Below are positions 38,515 to 48,389 of a stretch of 50,821 nt of DNA, one piece after another. Within the stretch, counting starts at the first letter, position 1, and every line of letters begins with the position of its first letter. The translations under genes were made by a program, and so were the position numbers. The DNA is from an uncultured Verrucomicrobiales bacterium. Lineage in GTDB: Bacteria > Verrucomicrobiota > Verrucomicrobiia > Limisphaerales > UBA1100. The stretch is from positions 1 to 50,821 of the forward strand of contig CAJWVY010000003.1 in assembly GCA_913048135.1 (NCBI GenBank), given 5' to 3'. The notes under the pieces were generated by a model, which saw only the letters and a program-made list of their open reading frames with translations, did no database searches and was not told the origin of the DNA.

Positions 38515-39144
38515 ATGACTAAACGCTCGACTAAGGACAGGATATTAGATGCGTCCGAGGCATTATTTGCCCGAGACGGTTCCAGTGGGGCTTCATTGCG
38601 TGCAATTACTCAGAGGGCTAAAGTCAATCTGGCGGCTGTTCATTATCATTTCGGTAGCAAGGATTACTTGCTTGAGGCTGTTTTGGCACGTCGACTACTC
38701 CCGTTAAACGCCGAGCGAATCCGGAGTTTGGAAGCGTATCAGCAGAAGGCTGGCAGGAAAAAGGTGCGCTTGGAGAATGTCATTGAAGCTATGGTGGGGC
38801 CCGCGCTTCGTTTGAGTCGAGACGAAACCAAGGGGGGGCGAATATTCATGAGGTTGCTCGGCAGATTGGTGCTTGAGCCGGACGCGCGTGTCCAGAAGCT
38901 GTTGACTGGTCAATTTGAGACCGTCCTCAAGAAATTTGAGCCAGCCCTTACGGCTGCTCTGCCTCATTTGGAACCCCAAGATTTCTTTTGGCGGTTGCAT
39001 TTTTTGGTCGGATCCATGGCTCATACCATGGCGGATTCCGAGCGCATTCGGCTGATCTCCGGTGGGATCTGCGATCCGGATGACACAGAGGGCACTATCC
39101 AGTGTCTGGTTACCTTTTTGTGCGGGGGGCTTCGGGCAAAATGA
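38515..39144 (+). CDS. TetR-family regulator, PsrA-like
   Basis: TKDRILDASEALFA...SLRAITQRAKVNLAAVHYHFGSKD; PLNAER; FFWRLHFLVGSMAHTM. Confidence 0.9.
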   Translation: MTKRSTKDRILDASEALFARDGSSGASLRAITQRAKVNLAAVHYHFGSKDYLLEAVLARRLLPLNAERIRSLEAYQQKAGRKKVRLENVIEAMVGPALRLSRDETKGGRIFMRLLGRLVLEPDARVQKLLTGQFETVLKKFEPALTAALPHLEPQDFFWRLHFLVGSMAHTMADSERIRLISGGICDPDDTEGTIQCLVTFLCGGLRAK

Positions 39145-40550
39145 ATGGGTACATGGTCTTCGTGTTGATTGCTTGTCTGGCTGGTTGCCATCAATCAACA
39201 CCGTTAAGCACACAGCGCATCGAACTGGAACTTCCTGCAGTCTGGAGCGTTGGAGCGAGTTCTCAGCCTGCAAATAAGGAATGGTGGCGCTCTTTTGGGT
39301 CTCATGAAATCGAGCAGTGGGTTCAGGATGCCATGAGTCACAATCACGATCTGCAAATAGCCGCCATCCGACTTGAACGGGCACGTACAGAGGCCCGTAT
39401 GGCTGCTTTTGTATCACGGCCAAAATTGGATGTGTCGGTTTCCGGAGAGAAAAGGCAGAGCAGCTTTATTGGCCTGCCGTTTGGCGGCAGTGGGATTTCC
39501 CGGTCTCGTTATGAAAGTTACGGAACATCGGCGGGAATGAATTGGGAAATGGATTTATGGGGGCGGATTCGTGCCGGCCACTCGATTGCACGGACCGAAG
39601 CCAAGGCCGCAAAATATGAACTCGAAGCGGCCCGGTTATCAATCGTTGCTCAGGCTGTGCGGCTATGGGTGCAATTGGCCGAGGCTCAAATCCAGGAACG
39701 TTTGGCGGGAGAATCCGTTCTGCTTCTAGAGCAAACATTATCGCAGGTGGAGCTGCGTTTGAACGCCGGTCGTGGCAATGCCCTGAATGTACAGCAAGCA
39801 AGGGTGAGCTTGTCGGAAGCCAAATCAACAGTCGTCCAATGGAGGGTGCGATCAGAAAAACTGGCGCGATCCATGGAGTTGCTGGCAGGACGAAACCCAT
39901 CGGGAACCAAACTGGCGGTAACTGAGTTGAGCCGCCTGCCTTCACCTCCGTCCGTTATTCCCGCTGGAATTCCAGCCGAACTTTTAACGCGTCGCGCTGA
40001 TATCGTCGCCGGATTGGCCCGCATTCATGCCGCCAACCTGAGCATTGCCGAGGCGGATGCGGGCTTGTTGCCGCGTGTGGGACTGACATCTTCCGTCGGG
40101 ACTTCCAGCGACGAATTGAAGGGGTTGTTGAATGGCGATTCGCTGATCTGGTCAATTGGGGGCAGTCTTTCACAGACCATTTTGTTTCCAGACGAGCAAC
40201 AAGCCCGGCTTAACAGTCGAAGCCTTAAGGCTAAAGAGGCTGTGTTGAGTTATCGCCAGAAAATCATGGCCGCCCTGCACGAGGTGGAAACGGCCCTCAA
40301 CGCGGGTAGCCTGCTGAGTGTTCAACGGAGGCACAATAAGGTGGCCGTTGAAAATGCTCAACAGATTTTGGCGTTAACTGATCAACGTTTTGAATTGGGT
40401 TTGGCCAACGCGGCGACGTTGCTTGATGCTCAACGCCGGTTATTGATTTCGCACTCCGCATTGATATCTGTTCGGCGAGCAGAGCTTGAAAACCGCATTG
40501 ATCTTCATCTAGCTCTTGGGGGTGAAATTTCCGTGGAGGACGCGCCGTGA
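39141..40550 (+). CDS. Outer membrane efflux lipoprotein (OprM/NodT/TolC family)
   Basis: Lipobox LAGC; WWRSF, NHDL, WEMDLWGR, PAELLTRRADI, LHLALGG. Confidence 0.92.
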   Translation: MNGYMVFVLIACLAGCHQSTPLSTQRIELELPAVWSVGASSQPANKEWWRSFGSHEIEQWVQDAMSHNHDLQIAAIRLERARTEARMAAFVSRPKLDVSVSGEKRQSSFIGLPFGGSGISRSRYESYGTSAGMNWEMDLWGRIRAGHSIARTEAKAAKYELEAARLSIVAQAVRLWVQLAEAQIQERLAGESVLLLEQTLSQVELRLNAGRGNALNVQQARVSLSEAKSTVVQWRVRSEKLARSMELLAGRNPSGTKLAVTELSRLPSPPSVIPAGIPAELLTRRADIVAGLARIHAANLSIAEADAGLLPRVGLTSSVGTSSDELKGLLNGDSLIWSIGGSLSQTILFPDEQQARLNSRSLKAKEAVLSYRQKIMAALHEVETALNAGSLLSVQRRHNKVAVENAQQILALTDQRFELGLANAATLLDAQRRLLISHSALISVRRAELENRIDLHLALGGEISVEDAP

Positions 40551-41791
40551 GACTTGCCCTGAGAATTGGTCTGCCACTGTTAGCACTCACCTTCGGAGTG
40601 GGTGGGGCAGTATGGTTGGTGGCCCATAAAAAATCTATCGAGCCCGTGCCTCAAAAAAAAATACCACCGCTAATTGAAGTGGTTGAGGTGACGCTGAATA
40701 ATCACCAGCCGGTTATTCGTTCTCAAGGTCGTGTTTTGCCGCGTCGGGAAGTGTCTGTTATGCCGCGAGTTGGAGGGGAGGTTATCGAGGTGTCGGCAAA
40801 ATTGAATGAGGGTTTTCTGGTTGATGCTGGTGAGATTCTGGTGCGAATTGATGAAGAGGATCATCGTTTAAACCTTCGGCAGGCAGAGGCGGATATTCTA
40901 TCTGCTAAAGCTTCTATAACCAGCGGACTGGCGCAAATAGCCAATGCTCAGGCGCAAACGCGTCAGGCGGAGGCCCGTCTAGCTACAGAACAGGCTGAGG
41001 CTGATGCTGCGAACGAGGAATGGCGATTACTTGGCAAAACTGGTAATCCGCCCGCATTGCTGTCGCGACAGCCTCAAATTCGCGAAGCACGTTCAGCTAT
41101 TGCAGCTGCCGAGGCATTGGTGGATTCTGCTACTGCAGGAATTGAATCCGGAAAGGCGTCGTTGGCTGCGGCCGAAGCAGCGAAGGAGCGGGCGTTGTTA
41201 GATTTGAAACGTTGTATTATTCGGGCGCCATTTGATGCCCGTGTTGTACGCAGTATGGTAGATTTGGCTTCCACGGTTTCACCGGGCGGCGCAGTCGCTG
41301 TATTACAGCGAATTGATTTCGCGGAAGTTAGGTTACCCTTATCACGTCGGCAAATGGTCCTGCTTGGCTCCATTTCTGAAGCCAAAAAGTACCCCATACA
41401 TTTAACAAATGGCACTCAGAAATGGTCAGCAAAATTCGAACGCATGCTGGGTGAAGTTGATCCAACCACTCACACGCAAAGCGTCATCGCACTGGTGCCA
41501 AACCCGTACACTTCAGGGAATGCAACGCTGGAATTTGGAGCTTTTGTATCTGCGGAAATGCATGGGGAAATGCTAAAGAATGTAACGGTTATCCCGGAAC
41601 TGGCATTGCAGCAAAATGAGGAAGTGTATTTGTTGAATGATGGAAAGCTTACCGCGAAACCTGTTCGTATCATTGAACGCAACCAGGGCGAAGTTTTCGT
41701 GACCGGCCTCAATGCCAGAGAATATGTGTGTGTGACTCAATTGGACTCTTTTGTGAGTGAGATGAGTGTGCGCATACAAAAGGAGGACTGA
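40547..41791 (+). CDS. RND periplasmic adaptor (membrane fusion protein)
   Basis: N-terminal anchor; PRVGGEV...GEILVRID; long coiled hairpin; IRAPFDA; IPELAL. Confidence 0.92.
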   Translation: MRLALRIGLPLLALTFGVGGAVWLVAHKKSIEPVPQKKIPPLIEVVEVTLNNHQPVIRSQGRVLPRREVSVMPRVGGEVIEVSAKLNEGFLVDAGEILVRIDEEDHRLNLRQAEADILSAKASITSGLAQIANAQAQTRQAEARLATEQAEADAANEEWRLLGKTGNPPALLSRQPQIREARSAIAAAEALVDSATAGIESGKASLAAAEAAKERALLDLKRCIIRAPFDARVVRSMVDLASTVSPGGAVAVLQRIDFAEVRLPLSRRQMVLLGSISEAKKYPIHLTNGTQKWSAKFERMLGEVDPTTHTQSVIALVPNPYTSGNATLEFGAFVSAEMHGEMLKNVTVIPELALQQNEEVYLLNDGKLTAKPVRIIERNQGEVFVTGLNAREYVCVTQLDSFVSEMSVRIQKED

Positions 41792-44700
41792 TGGGGCGAC
41801 TTGTTGAATGGTTTGCAAGGAATGGAGTTGCGGCAAATCTCGTGGCAGCCCTCATTCTGGTATCCGGTTTGATGACGATACCTCAAATAAAACGGGAGGT
41901 ATTCCCGGAATTTGATTCCGATTGGGTCATGGTGAAGATGCTTTACCCTGGCGCGGCCCCAGAAGAAACCGAAGAACAGATTTGTGCGCGTGTAGAACAG
42001 GCAGTGGAGGGACTGGCAGGGATAAAACAGGTTGTGTCATCCGCCGCTGAAAATGCCGGAGTAGTGTCCATTGAATTGCTGCCAGGCACAGATGCAGGGC
42101 GTTTTTTGGATCAAGTAAAGTCTCGCGTGGATGCGGTGGATACTTTCCCCAAGGATGCCGATAAGCCTGTGAGCACGGAGATTATCATCCGGAAACAGGT
42201 CATCAATGTGGCCGTGTTTGGGGCAGCCAATGAACTCGCATTGAAGCGCGCCGCTGAACGGGTTCGAGATGAGTTACTTGCACGGCCGGAAATTTCACAA
42301 GTACAACTGGCAAATGTGCGTCCATATGAGATAGCCGTGGATGTGCGCGAGGTAGACTTGCGTCAGTACGAGCTGAGCTTTGAAGAAGTGGCTCAGGCAA
42401 TACGTTCCAGTTCGCTAAACCTCCCTGGAGGCACTGTTCGCACGGGCAGGGGGGAAGTGTTGATCCGATCCAACACCCAAGCGTATTCCGCGCACGACTT
42501 TGAGCAACTTGTACTCAGAACGTCATCGCACGGGGCTATTTTAACTTTGGGGGACGTAGCGACAGTACGAGATTCTTTTGAGGAAGTCGAAAGTTCCTCT
42601 GAATTTGACGGGCAACCGGCGGCGCTCGTACGTGTTTTTCGAGTAGGAGATCAAAGCGCTCTGGAAATTGCTGAAGTCGTTAAAAATTATGTCACAACCA
42701 CACAACACACGATGCCGGTCGGAGTGAGCTTGGAAACATGGCAAGACGATGCGAGTTATCTGCGTGGACGATTGAATCTTCTTTATCGCAATGGTCAAGC
42801 TGGGTTGATTTTAGTATTTGCCATTTTGGCATTGTTTCTTCGGTTTCGTCTGGCCATTTGGGTTACCTTCGGGATTCCGATTTCATTTCTAGGCACTCTT
42901 TGGTTTATGCCCGCGATGGATGTTTCGATTAGTCTGATAAGCCTTTTCGCCTTCATTGTGGTCCTGGGTATTGTGGTGGATGATGCCATTGTTATGGGGG
43001 AGAACATTTACACACACCAGCAGCAGCACGGACCCGGCATCGCAAGTACGGTGGCTGGGGCGAAGGAGGTTGCTCGACCGGTGGTTTTTGGTGTGCTAAC
43101 AACAGTAGCGGCGTTCTACCCACTACTTCAGGTGGAGGGCAATACGGGGAAAATTCTGAGATTTATTCCGCTTATTGTAATTCCAACGCTCTTGTTTTCA
43201 TTGATTGAATGCCTGGTGATTTTGCCGGCGCACCTAAAGGGCTTGCCTAACGCCACAAAAAACAAAAGAGAATCTCGATGGGGCTGGACCCGTTTTCAGA
43301 AGGGTTTTGCTAAGGCCGCAGAATCGTTTGCGCAACGCATCTATAAACCGGTGTTGGAATTCTGTCTAAATTGGCGATACCTCACCGTATGCAGTGGGAT
43401 TGCCATCCTGCTGCTTACGCTCGCAGGTTATGCGGGAGGACATTTTCGGTTTACTTTCTTTCCGCCGGTCGAAGGTGATAATGTTGCCGCTTGGGTAACG
43501 TATCCGCGAGGGTCTCCTGTGGAGACAACCGAAGCTGCGGTGGTCCGACTGAATAACGCGGCTAAAACTCTTCAATCGGAATTCTCCAAAAGCAATGATG
43601 CTCGACAGGTGATCTTGCATTCTCTGGCTAGCGTTGGGCAGCAGCCTTTCCGGACAGAATCCGAGCAAGCCGGAGGAAATCTTGGATCGAACCACGAAGG
43701 CAGTCACAAAGGCGAGGTGCACCTAGAAGTAGCCCCATCGGAGGAGCGTACTATTTCCAGCCAACAAATAGCTGATAAATGGCGGGAATTAGCCGGTGAT
43801 TTTCCCGGGGCGGTGGAGGTAGGGTTTAGTGCAAATATCTTTTCAGCAGGCAAGCCGGTTAATATTCGTTTAACCGGACCAGATATGGACGCCCTTCAAG
43901 CTGCGGCTGCCCGGCTTAAATCGCAATTAGCAGATATTGATGGAGTGCGAGATATCAATGATAGTTTTCGGTTAGGCAAACAGGAGTTTCTTATTCGCCT
44001 GAGTCCTGAGGGCGAAGCATTAGGATTACGGCAAGCTCAATTGGCAACACAAGTCCGGCAGGCGTTTTACGGGGAAGAAGCGCAACGTCTTCAGCGTAAC
44101 AGGGATGATGTGAAGGTGATGGTTCGCTATCCGTTGAATGAAAGGAAGTCAGTTCGTGATCTTCAGGAAATGCGCATTCGTGTTCGGGAGGGCGACACAT
44201 TGCGAGAAATACCATTATCCACAGTGGCCATTATTGAAAATGGCCGTGGCTATTCAGAAATCCGGCGTGTGGATGGTCGCCGCGCAGTGAATATTACAGC
44301 CGATGTGGATATCGCCAAGGTAGAATCGAATAAGATTATCGAACGCCTTGAGGCCGAGGAATTACCCGCATTGCTCGCTGCCTTTCCTGGAGTGCAGTAT
44401 TCCCTGGAAGGCGATCAGGCTGAGCAGTCGCAAACTATGGAAAGTATGAAGAGAGCTTATCTAGTCGCAATGGTCATCATTTATGGCCTGCTGGCAATTC
44501 CGTTTCGTTCATATTTACAGCCATTCATTGTGATGGGCGCGATCCCGTTCGGTTTAATCGGCGCAGTGCTGGGGCATTTGATAATGGGAATAGACCTGAC
44601 TATTATGTCCCTTTTCGGCGTGGTGGCCCTTACAGGCGTGGTCGTGAATGACAGCTTGGTGATGGTAGATTTTGTGAACCGTAACCGGCCAAAATACTCA

Positions 44701-45009
44701 AACCTTATGGAGGCAGTTCGAGCCAGCGGCATACAACGCTTCCGCGCCATCTTGCTGACATCGCTCACTACATTTGCAGGCCTCGCACCTCTGGTGTTTT
44801 TTGAAAAGAGTGTGCAAGCCCAGTTTCTGGTGCCAATGGCCATCTCATTGAGCTTCGGTGTCATGTTCGCCACGGTAGTGACTTTGGTGTTGGTGCCGGC
44901 AGGATACATGATCCTGGAGGATATCAAGAGGGCGTGGTTCTGGCTTTATGGTAGTCGGCCTGACGACGGTGAAATAGCCAACCGCGCTATTCAGGTGAAT
45001 CATCTTTAG
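41791..45009 (+). CDS. RND efflux permease (AcrB/AcrD/AcrF family)
   Basis: 1072 aa; WFARNGVAANL, GIVVDDAIV, GVVVNDSLV, RFRAILLTSLTT. Confidence 0.95.
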   Translation: MGRLVEWFARNGVAANLVAALILVSGLMTIPQIKREVFPEFDSDWVMVKMLYPGAAPEETEEQICARVEQAVEGLAGIKQVVSSAAENAGVVSIELLPGTDAGRFLDQVKSRVDAVDTFPKDADKPVSTEIIIRKQVINVAVFGAANELALKRAAERVRDELLARPEISQVQLANVRPYEIAVDVREVDLRQYELSFEEVAQAIRSSSLNLPGGTVRTGRGEVLIRSNTQAYSAHDFEQLVLRTSSHGAILTLGDVATVRDSFEEVESSSEFDGQPAALVRVFRVGDQSALEIAEVVKNYVTTTQHTMPVGVSLETWQDDASYLRGRLNLLYRNGQAGLILVFAILALFLRFRLAIWVTFGIPISFLGTLWFMPAMDVSISLISLFAFIVVLGIVVDDAIVMGENIYTHQQQHGPGIASTVAGAKEVARPVVFGVLTTVAAFYPLLQVEGNTGKILRFIPLIVIPTLLFSLIECLVILPAHLKGLPNATKNKRESRWGWTRFQKGFAKAAESFAQRIYKPVLEFCLNWRYLTVCSGIAILLLTLAGYAGGHFRFTFFPPVEGDNVAAWVTYPRGSPVETTEAAVVRLNNAAKTLQSEFSKSNDARQVILHSLASVGQQPFRTESEQAGGNLGSNHEGSHKGEVHLEVAPSEERTISSQQIADKWRELAGDFPGAVEVGFSANIFSAGKPVNIRLTGPDMDALQAAAARLKSQLADIDGVRDINDSFRLGKQEFLIRLSPEGEALGLRQAQLATQVRQAFYGEEAQRLQRNRDDVKVMVRYPLNERKSVRDLQEMRIRVREGDTLREIPLSTVAIIENGRGYSEIRRVDGRRAVNITADVDIAKVESNKIIERLEAEELPALLAAFPGVQYSLEGDQAEQSQTMESMKRAYLVAMVIIYGLLAIPFRSYLQPFIVMGAIPFGLIGAVLGHLIMGIDLTIMSLFGVVALTGVVVNDSLVMVDFVNRNRPKYSNLMEAVRASGIQRFRAILLTSLTTFAGLAPLVFFEKSVQAQFLVPMAISLSFGVMFATVVTLVLVPAGYMILEDIKRAWFWLYGSRPDDGEIANRAIQVNHL

Positions 45010-45063
45010 CGGGTTTGTTCTTTCACCGAACGGGTAGGAAGGCTAGGTTTCGCGTTTTCCTAG

Positions 45064-46455
45064 ATGGCCAAAAAAGCTTCATTGCTGATTATCTTTCTGA
45101 CGGTGTTCATTGACCTCGTTGGGTTCGGTATTGTGTTGCCGATGCTCCCGCTTTACAGCAAGGAATTTGGCGCATCCGGAATGATCGCGGGCGGGATCGT
45201 CGCGGCATATTCACTGATGCAGTTCATTTTCTCGCCGATGTGGGGGCGCCTCAGTGATCGCATAGGTCGTCGGCCGGTTCTATTGGTGAGCACCGCGGGC
45301 GCGTGCCTATCTTATGTGGTCTTCGCGTACGCCTGTCTGGAGCAATCAGTTCTACTGCTTTTAATTTCCCGCCTAACCGCTGGCATTTGTGGCGCAAACC
45401 TATCAGTGGCAAGTGCTTACATTGCCGATATTTCACCCCCTGAAGATCGCTCGAAACGCATGGGGCTCATTGGCATGGCCTTTGGGTTTGGATTTATCTT
45501 GGGCCCTGTCCTGGGTGCCTTGAGCGCAGGCTGGTTTGGTGTTACCGGGCCAGGATGGGTGGCCGCTGGGATTTGCGGTTTTAACCTGATCCTTGCATTT
45601 TTCATCTTAGGTGAGAGCCGGAAGCCGGAGTCTGACCCAGCACCGCCTTCCCCGCGATTGGGTCAAATGATGGGAGTACTGAAACGCCCGCAACTTGGTA
45701 CATTGGTTTGCGTGTTCTTTTTGGCCACATTCTGCTTCACCTGTTTTGAGTCCACCTTTGCCGTGTTGTTTGCTGGCACGCACGATGACCCGGGGAAGTT
45801 TGCTTTCCGAGAACCGGCTATCTCGGAAACGAGTGAAGGAGTAAATTGGTCGGCAGCAAGTGGCGCTGAAGTTCAGGAAGGTGACGTGCTGGGGCGGCGC
45901 GAAGACGAATCCGCTGTCACGGCAGCAACCACTGGTCGGTTTGTTCTGAATGAAAATGAAGCGTCCATTAATACCACAAAGACCATGGCGTATTGGTTAA
46001 TGGCTTTCTGCGGTCTTATCGGAGCAATTGTACAAGGAGGCTGCATTGGGCCGCTGGTGAAAAAATTGGGCGAGAAAAAGTTGATTGTATTCGGGTTGGC
46101 AATGGTAGGCGTGAGCTTGGCGGTCCTGCCGTTTTGCAGCGGCCAACTGGGTTTATGGAGCATCATGTTGGGATTAAGTTTGTTTGCAATCAGTTCGAGC
46201 GTATATCGCGCCCCTACGTTTGGCTTAATTTCTCTAAACGCCTCCTCGGATGAACAGGGCGAAGTAATGGGTGTCACTCAAAGCGTGGGCAGCTTAGCCC
46301 GTATTATCGGACCGCTTTTCGCGTTGGGACTTATGGATGTGTGGAAAGAATTGCCTTACCTGATTTGTGCAGTTATCGCCGTGATAGGCTCTTTTGTGGC
46401 TGCCTCTAAGATTGAATCACCACAAGCAGAACCGGGCAAAGCAGCGGAGAAGTGA
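45064..46455 (+). CDS. MFS transporter (TetA/DHA1-like) with ~65-aa loop insertion
   Basis: FIDLVGFGIVLP, motif A GRLSDRIGRRPVLL, AYIADIS, motif C GFILGPVLG. Confidence 0.92.
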   Translation: MAKKASLLIIFLTVFIDLVGFGIVLPMLPLYSKEFGASGMIAGGIVAAYSLMQFIFSPMWGRLSDRIGRRPVLLVSTAGACLSYVVFAYACLEQSVLLLLISRLTAGICGANLSVASAYIADISPPEDRSKRMGLIGMAFGFGFILGPVLGALSAGWFGVTGPGWVAAGICGFNLILAFFILGESRKPESDPAPPSPRLGQMMGVLKRPQLGTLVCVFFLATFCFTCFESTFAVLFAGTHDDPGKFAFREPAISETSEGVNWSAASGAEVQEGDVLGRREDESAVTAATTGRFVLNENEASINTTKTMAYWLMAFCGLIGAIVQGGCIGPLVKKLGEKKLIVFGLAMVGVSLAVLPFCSGQLGLWSIMLGLSLFAISSSVYRAPTFGLISLNASSDEQGEVMGVTQSVGSLARIIGPLFALGLMDVWKELPYLICAVIAVIGSFVAASKIESPQAEPGKAAEK

Positions 46456-47102
46456 TGATTCGTAATGTTATTTTCGATTGGTCGGGTACGTTAGTGGACG
46501 ATCTTGAGGCTGTTTGGAGGTCCACAAATTATACTCTAAAGAAATCGGGCGTCCCTGAAATGAGCCTCTCAGAATTTCGGGATGAATTCAGTTTGCCTTT
46601 TGATGAATTTTACGCCCGTGTCACACCCGGTGTTTCACTGGATCAATTGGAGGTTTGGTATAAGGAGAGCTTTGTGAAGGAGCAACGATCGGTCCAAGCT
46701 CTACCCCATTCAGAAGCGTTTTTTGAATTCTGCCGCAACGAGGGCATGCGAACATTTTTACTAAGCACGATCCATCCGGATCATTACCGGGTTCAATCGC
46801 AAAAGGTAAATTTTACATTCGATCGGGAATATGTGCGAGTGATGGACAAGCGGCTTAAGATTCGTGACATTTTAGAGGAAAATGATCTCTCGGCCGGTGA
46901 AACCGTTTTCATAGGCGACATGCAGCATGATGTGGAGACAGCAAAAGCAGGAGGGGTTTTTTCCTGTGCAGTTCTGACCGGTTACAATACACGCCGCCAG
47001 CTTGCTGCTGCCCAGCCGGATTGGATCGTTGAGGACTTATCCGTGTTGCATCAGCAATGGGAGACCCATGGAGCCAGCCTGAAAATATGTTATGATGAAT
47101 GA
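46452..47102 (+). CDS. HAD-superfamily phosphatase
   Basis: IFDWSGTLVDD motif I; LLST; DK; FIGDMQHD. Confidence 0.88.
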   Translation: MMIRNVIFDWSGTLVDDLEAVWRSTNYTLKKSGVPEMSLSEFRDEFSLPFDEFYARVTPGVSLDQLEVWYKESFVKEQRSVQALPHSEAFFEFCRNEGMRTFLLSTIHPDHYRVQSQKVNFTFDREYVRVMDKRLKIRDILEENDLSAGETVFIGDMQHDVETAKAGGVFSCAVLTGYNTRRQLAAAQPDWIVEDLSVLHQQWETHGASLKICYDE

Positions 47103-47448
47103 CCGAATTGTCATCCGTGAAATGGAAATCCAATGCCGCATTGGTGTGCCAGAAGAAGAACGCGCAGAGCCGCAATCGCTCCGTGTAACTATCGAAATGG
47201 ATGTCGACACGGCGCCTTCTGCGCAGGCTGACGACATTGGGCAAACGGTGGATTATTTTTTGGTGTATCAAAGAGTACACACCCTGAGTGGAGCGAGGCC
47301 CCGGAAATTGATTGAAACGTTGGCGGAAGAGATCTCGCAAATGGTACTAGGTGAATTCCAAGTGAAAACTGTGTTGGTCCGAATTGATAAATTTATCCTA
47401 CCCAACACCCGTGCTGTATCAGTGGAAATCCAACGTCATCAAATTTGA
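47092..47448 (+). CDS. folB: Dihydroneopterin aldolase
   Basis: IGVPEEERAEPQ, DDIGQTVDY, LIETLAE, RIDK, VSVEI. Confidence 0.92.
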   Translation: MMNDRIVIREMEIQCRIGVPEEERAEPQSLRVTIEMDVDTAPSAQADDIGQTVDYFLVYQRVHTLSGARPRKLIETLAEEISQMVLGEFQVKTVLVRIDKFILPNTRAVSVEIQRHQI

Positions 47449-47591
47449 CCTTATTCACAAAAAGCCTACTAAGACTTGCGTGGAGCTCCTAGTATTCAAA
47501 TTTTTTGACTTGTTTTTAGTTGTTTTTACGTGGAAATGGACTTGTTTGGACTTGCCAACAGTGGGTAATCATTGTTAATAAACTTGGCCTC

Positions 47592-48350
47592 ATGGCTGCC
47601 ATTGGACGCTTCCAAAAAGGCGACGACACCTTTTACGCCAAAGTTGTTGACGGCAAACTTTACAAGCTCAAGGGCGATGTCTTTGGGTCTCCCTCATATG
47701 CCAAGCGAGCAGTGACTCCCACACGCGGGATACGCACACTCACGCCGGTAGAGCCTTCTAAGATAATTGCTGTAGGCTTAAACTACGCGGATCACGCTCG
47801 TGAATCCAACCTCAAGCCGCCTACGCAACCGCTCTTTTGGCTGAAAGCGCCTACTTCGCTGCTGCCGGATGGCGGCAAGATTGATCTGCCGTTCCCAAGT
47901 CACCGTAATGATTTTGAAGCTGAACTGGCCATTGTGATTGGTCGTCGGATTCGTAATGTGTCCCCACAGGCTGCCAGCCGATACATTTTTGGCTACACAG
48001 CGGCGCAGGATATTAGCGATCGCGACATCCAACGCGGTGAAAGCCAATGGGCACGCGCCAAGAGCTTTGACAGTTTCACGCCTATTGGGCCGTATATCGA
48101 AACGAAAATTGATCCGCAGGAGCAAACCATTCAGCTCTTCCAGAATGGGCAACTCCGGCAAAACTCCCACACCAGTCAGATGATCTTCAGCTGCGCTCAG
48201 TTGGTGAGTTTTATTTCCACCAATATGACGCTGCTGCCCGGCGACATTATTCTCACCGGAACACCCAGTGGGGTGGGGCCAATTGAGAGTGGTGATCGCC
48301 TTGAAGTGCGCATTGGCGACATGCAACCTTTGTGCAATACGGTGAAGTAA
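47592..48350 (+). CDS. Fumarylacetoacetate hydrolase family protein; start moved to ATG 47592
   Basis: PSKIIAVGLNYADH, FEAELAIVIG, QDISDRD, RAKSFDSFTPIGP, LPGDIILTGTP. Confidence 0.92.
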   Translation: MAAIGRFQKGDDTFYAKVVDGKLYKLKGDVFGSPSYAKRAVTPTRGIRTLTPVEPSKIIAVGLNYADHARESNLKPPTQPLFWLKAPTSLLPDGGKIDLPFPSHRNDFEAELAIVIGRRIRNVSPQAASRYIFGYTAAQDISDRDIQRGESQWARAKSFDSFTPIGPYIETKIDPQEQTIQLFQNGQLRQNSHTSQMIFSCAQLVSFISTNMTLLPGDIILTGTPSGVGPIESGDRLEVRIGDMQPLCNTVK

Positions 48351-48389
48351 TCTTTACCGCCGCCCCCTTCATCCGGTAAAGCTACGGCC

